Positions 60,081 through 64,000 of a stretch of DNA of 64,000 nt are shown in pieces. Location: contig NC_043006.1 of NCBI RefSeq assembly GCF_006345805.1, positions 28,272,001 to 28,336,000 on the forward strand, read 5' to 3'. The notes under the pieces were generated by a model. The model ran no database searches, was not told where the DNA came from, and worked only from the letters and a program-made list of their open reading frames with translations. This DNA is from Octopus sinensis (taxonomy: Eukaryota). Position 1 is the stretch's first letter; each line of letters opens with the position of its first letter. The translations under genes were made by a program, and so were the position numbers.

Positions 60081-60242
60081 ATCATGGCTGATGGAAATTA
60101 TTTTCAGATCCTAAATGAATAAGTAATTAGTGCTTTAATATTATCATAATTAAATGTCAAAGAGTATACATCATAACTGATGGAAACTATTTTCAGATCC
60201 TAAATGAATAGGTAATTAGTGATTCAATATAATCATGATTAA
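60081..60242 (+). repeat. 89-bp-period tandem duplication in the FGGY 3' UTR
   Basis: atcat..ctgatggaaa.tattttcagatcctaaatgaata.gtaattagtg at 60081 and 60170. Confidence 0.9.
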
Positions 60243-60256
60243 GATTTTGAAAATTT

Positions 60257-60262
60257 AATAAA
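60257..60262 (+). promoter_or_regulatory. Candidate FGGY polyadenylation signal AATAAA
   Basis: First canonical AATAAA I found after the stop, about 270 nt downstream, followed by T/GT-rich sequence. Confidence 0.55.
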
Positions 60263-60394
60263 AATGGATATTTTTTTAAAAACTTTGAGTGCTCAATGTT
60301 TTTTGGTAAAGAAGTAATATATAAATACTGGCATTTTCAGATTGAAAGAGTTTCAGTTGATTATGTTATAGAGATGTTGTACTCCTGATCATAA

Positions 60395-61020
60395 TAATGA
60401 TAATAATAATAATAATAATGAAATTATTGTATACAGTGCTCAGGTGCACCACAACTTGTCAAAAGTGCGTATAAAGCATATGCAGTAATGTACAAATGTC
60501 TGGAAAGTGAACAGTGTATGAGTCAGATACATGCTTGTGAGTGTATGGAGGGGAGAAAATCAGGTGTAGTGTTGGCGAATCTCAGGAAGCATGGAAATTT
60601 TCAAGGATGCAGTACTCCGACAACTAACAACTGATGCCAGCAGCTTGTTCCATGCTTCAGCAACTCTTAGTGTGCAAAAATGTTTCCGAAAGTCATGGGA
60701 GCTGTGCTGTTTTCTGACTTTGTAAACATGTCCACGGGTGTTAGACAGGTGGAGTTTGAAAAGTGCTCAGAGTTATTGTTTGTAAGATGGTTAATAATTT
60801 TATGGGTGTCTGCCAAGTCAGCTGCCAGACGTCGGAGTTTCAATGCGTCCAGGCCCAGGGAAGTAAGGCGTTCAGAATATGGCAAATGCCTGATGGAGGG
60901 TATTCTCTTGGTTTCACGTCGCTGAACGGTTTCCAGACGATTAATATCCTGGCCAAGATAGCAGTTCCAGACCGGTGATGCAAATTCCAAGTGAGGCTGC
61001 ACCATAGCTATATAAAGCCT
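60395..61020 (-). mobile_element. 5'-truncated CR1-like LINE
   Basis: MVQPHLEFASPVWN...LETVQRR...LPYSERLTSLGL...RVAEAWNKL; 3' UTR; (ATT)n tail on its sense strand. Confidence 0.9.
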
Positions 61021-62092
61021 TAGATAGACTTTATACTCCTCATGGATGTGATACTACTGACCATGTTATAGAAATATCATATTCTTGGCTGTGAATAGAT
61101 ATATCATGGGGAAGAATAGTTCACCTCTGTAAAAACTGGAGGCATTGTAAAATACCAACAGCACACACACACATGTATGAGTTGCAGGGCTTGACTGAAC
61201 TGAAAACTTCAGGTTGTTAATTAATAACCCCAACTCATTCCACTGATCTCTATCTACAGCAACAAATGAACTACAATGATAAACTTTCAATTTACTTAGG
61301 ACGTAAATGAGTATCACACACTCCTGTTTTCTCAAATGATTTGCACCTTTATATAGAAAAATCAATATTGTGATTGGATTAAATACACCCCCTTACATAA
61401 TAACAAGGTACCTGATTTAAAGGTAAGAAAATAAATTCCCCCTATTTTTGTTCATGCATTTCCAAAACTATTGATTTCTATCAAATGGTATAAGACTAAG
61501 GGAGTATGATCCATTCACTTAGTTCTACCCAAGTACATGACTGGTATTGATTGGCCATGGCAAGATTTGAACATAGAGAGACTGTAAACAGACATACCTA
61601 AATATTGCATTACATTTTATCTAGTACTGTATGATATTGGTGACCTTTTTTTAATGTTGGTCTGAGATGCTAATGCAGCCACGGTTGTGTGGTTGAGAAC
61701 TTCCTAACTACATTGTTTTAAGTTCAGTCCCATTGTGTGGAACCTTGGACAAGTGTCTTCTACTATAGCCCCAGATTGTCCTAAGTTTTGTGAATAGATT
61801 TGGTAGATGAAACTAAAAGAAACTCATTCTATATGCATTTGTGTGTGTGTTTGTGTGGAATGCGTGTATGTCTTTGTGTCTGTGTTGACACCCCCCCACT
61901 CACACACTGCTTGACAACTGGTATTGGTATGTTTACATCCACATAACTTCAATAAACAATACCAAGAGAAGAAGTACTGAAGTACTGGGCTTGCTTCATT
62001 CAACTAAAAATTCTTCAAGGTGGTGCCTCAGCATAGCTGCACTCTAATGACTGAAACAAGTAAAAGATAAAAAATAAAAGATATATATATAT

Positions 62093-62280
62093 ATCAAAAT
62101 AAGCAACAAGTATATCCAAGGTAATGTGGTACGATCGTTTCATGTTACTTCATTTTATTAAACGCTGTAAGCATTACATGAGTTTTAAAACTGATGTAAT
62201 GCTTACAGTGTTTAATAAAATGAAGTAGCATGAAACAATTGTACCACATTACCTCGGATATACTTGTTGCTTATTTTGAT
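62093..62280. repeat. 188-bp spacer-less palindrome (foldback MITE-like)
   Basis: 94-bp arms centred on TTTT|AAAA at 62186/62187, about six mismatches. Confidence 0.95.
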
Positions 62281-62376
62281 TGTAATCACCCCATGGATTT
62301 ATATGGATAATACCATACAAAATTCTGGTGCCTTTGATTTAAGTACCATATTCATCTGAATCTAAATTTTGCTGAA

Positions 62377-62409
<33 letters not shown>

Positions 62410-63134
62410 TCATTTAACCACTGTTTTTCATGCTGTCATGGGTTGAATGGTGAGATCAGAGGGGGGGGGTGCACTAGACTAGTCTGATTTGGAATGGTTT
62501 TTACAGCTGGATGCCCTTCCTAAAGCTAATCGCTTTACAGAGTGTGCATGATGCTTTTATGTAGCACCAGAAGGGTGCTTTTATGTGTCATTGCATAGGT
62601 GCTTTTAGCATGGAAAAAATGGATGACAAGGTATATATCTTTCTTCTACTTAATCATGTTTAACAACTTAAAAACATGAGGATTTCTAACGAAGAGAGAG
62701 TGAGAGAAATGATGGCTTTAATATACAAATTAGAAGAATTGGGATGTGGAGTCAGTGGGAAGTAATAGCAGTTGTGAAGGGATATAAAGTAAAATAGCTT
62801 TAACTCAGAACGTCATGTATGTGATTTGCAAGGGGCTATGTCAAACGTAAACCACAACAGTAATATACTGAAGGAAAAACAGAGAAAAAAGTAGGAAAAG
62901 GAGACTTATATGTCTTTATTTTGTACATGTGTGTGAGTATATATTTATGTGTAAGTATGTATGTATGTATGTATATATAAATACAGTCTCACACACACAT
63001 ATATATTATAATTTACATATATGTGTGTGTGTGTGTATGTTTATAAAATATTTGTACTGTGCATAAACATGGAAATATGCAATAGATAAATATATATATA
63101 TATATTGGTAAAACGGTAAGATAACAAAAGATAT

Positions 63135-63385
63135 ATATATATATATATATATATTTCCTTACTGCCCACAAGGGGCTAAACATAGATGGGACAAACAAGG
63201 ACAGACAAAGGGATTAAGCCGATTACATCGACCCCAGTGCAAACTGGTACTTTATTTATCAACCCCGAAAGGATGAAAGGCAAAGTCAACCTTGGTGGAA
63301 TTTGAACTCAGAACGTAACGGCAGACGAAATACAACTACGCATTTCGCCCGGCGTGCTAATGTGTCTGCCAGCTCGCCGACCTTA
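63135..63385 (-). mobile_element. S1 SINE, alternative-tail subfamily
   Basis: Same head and centre as S1 but tail ...aatccctttgtctgtccttgtttgtccc..tatgtttagccccttgtgggcagtaa; also 17739-17973(+) and 49100-49332(-). Confidence 0.85.
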
Positions 63386-63951
63386 TACATATGTTATATG
63401 TATATAACATATACATATATATAAACTATATGTATCATATACATGGAAATATATCATATACACAAACATACACACACACACATAGTATACAGATATATAA
63501 TAGATATGTATGTTTTTAAATAATAAAATTGAGTACATTTATATGTAATGCATCTGTATATACTCAAACATAGAAGGGTGTTGTTTGACTGGACACAAGG
63601 ATTAAATATAAACGTACACAGTTTATTTTAACCATTGTGGCTTAGTGTGCCTTTGATTAAAGAATGTTTTTGTACTTTGAGAGGATAATTTGGCCAATAA
63701 AAACACATGCACTAGTTGTATTTCACTTTTTATTATTATAAGTCAATTAACAGATTGATTGAACAAATTATTGTTAAAAACAATTAAGTAGTTTATTAGT
63801 TAATTAATTAGCTAGTTGACTGATAATAATAATGATAAAATTGATATACAACCAGTGCATGTACTTTTGCTGGTAAAATGATCCTCCCCAAGTATGTCAA
63901 CATCTGTTTCAACACAATTTGATATCAAGAATCTTGCAAAACAAATACAAG

Positions 63952-64000
<49 letters not shown>

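Overview
AT-rich, repeat-dense animal genomic DNA. The repeat families look like those of a coleoid cephalopod, probably Octopus (inference, no database check). One gene spans most of the window on the + strand: FGGY (FGGY carbohydrate kinase / D-ribulokinase). I traced 15 coding exons by hand from 10110 to 59985; all have GT-AG borders and compatible phases, giving 1650 nt = 549 aa + stop. Its introns are filled with tRNA-derived SINEs, a VNTR-containing retroposon, LINE fragments (CR1-like, R4/Dong-like, RTE-like, Tx1-like), hAT, mariner, piggyBac-like and Helitron elements, and microsatellites. Best candidates for something new: (1) an unexplained 195-aa single-exon ORF (39092-39679) with AAAATG context and a downstream AATAAA, inside a CpG-retaining island in the 14.7-kb FGGY intron; (2) a minimal hammerhead ribozyme fold at 655-700 (- strand); (3) several unusual retroposon and transposon architectures. 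No prokaryotic-type system, CRISPR array, rRNA or bona fide tRNA gene was found.
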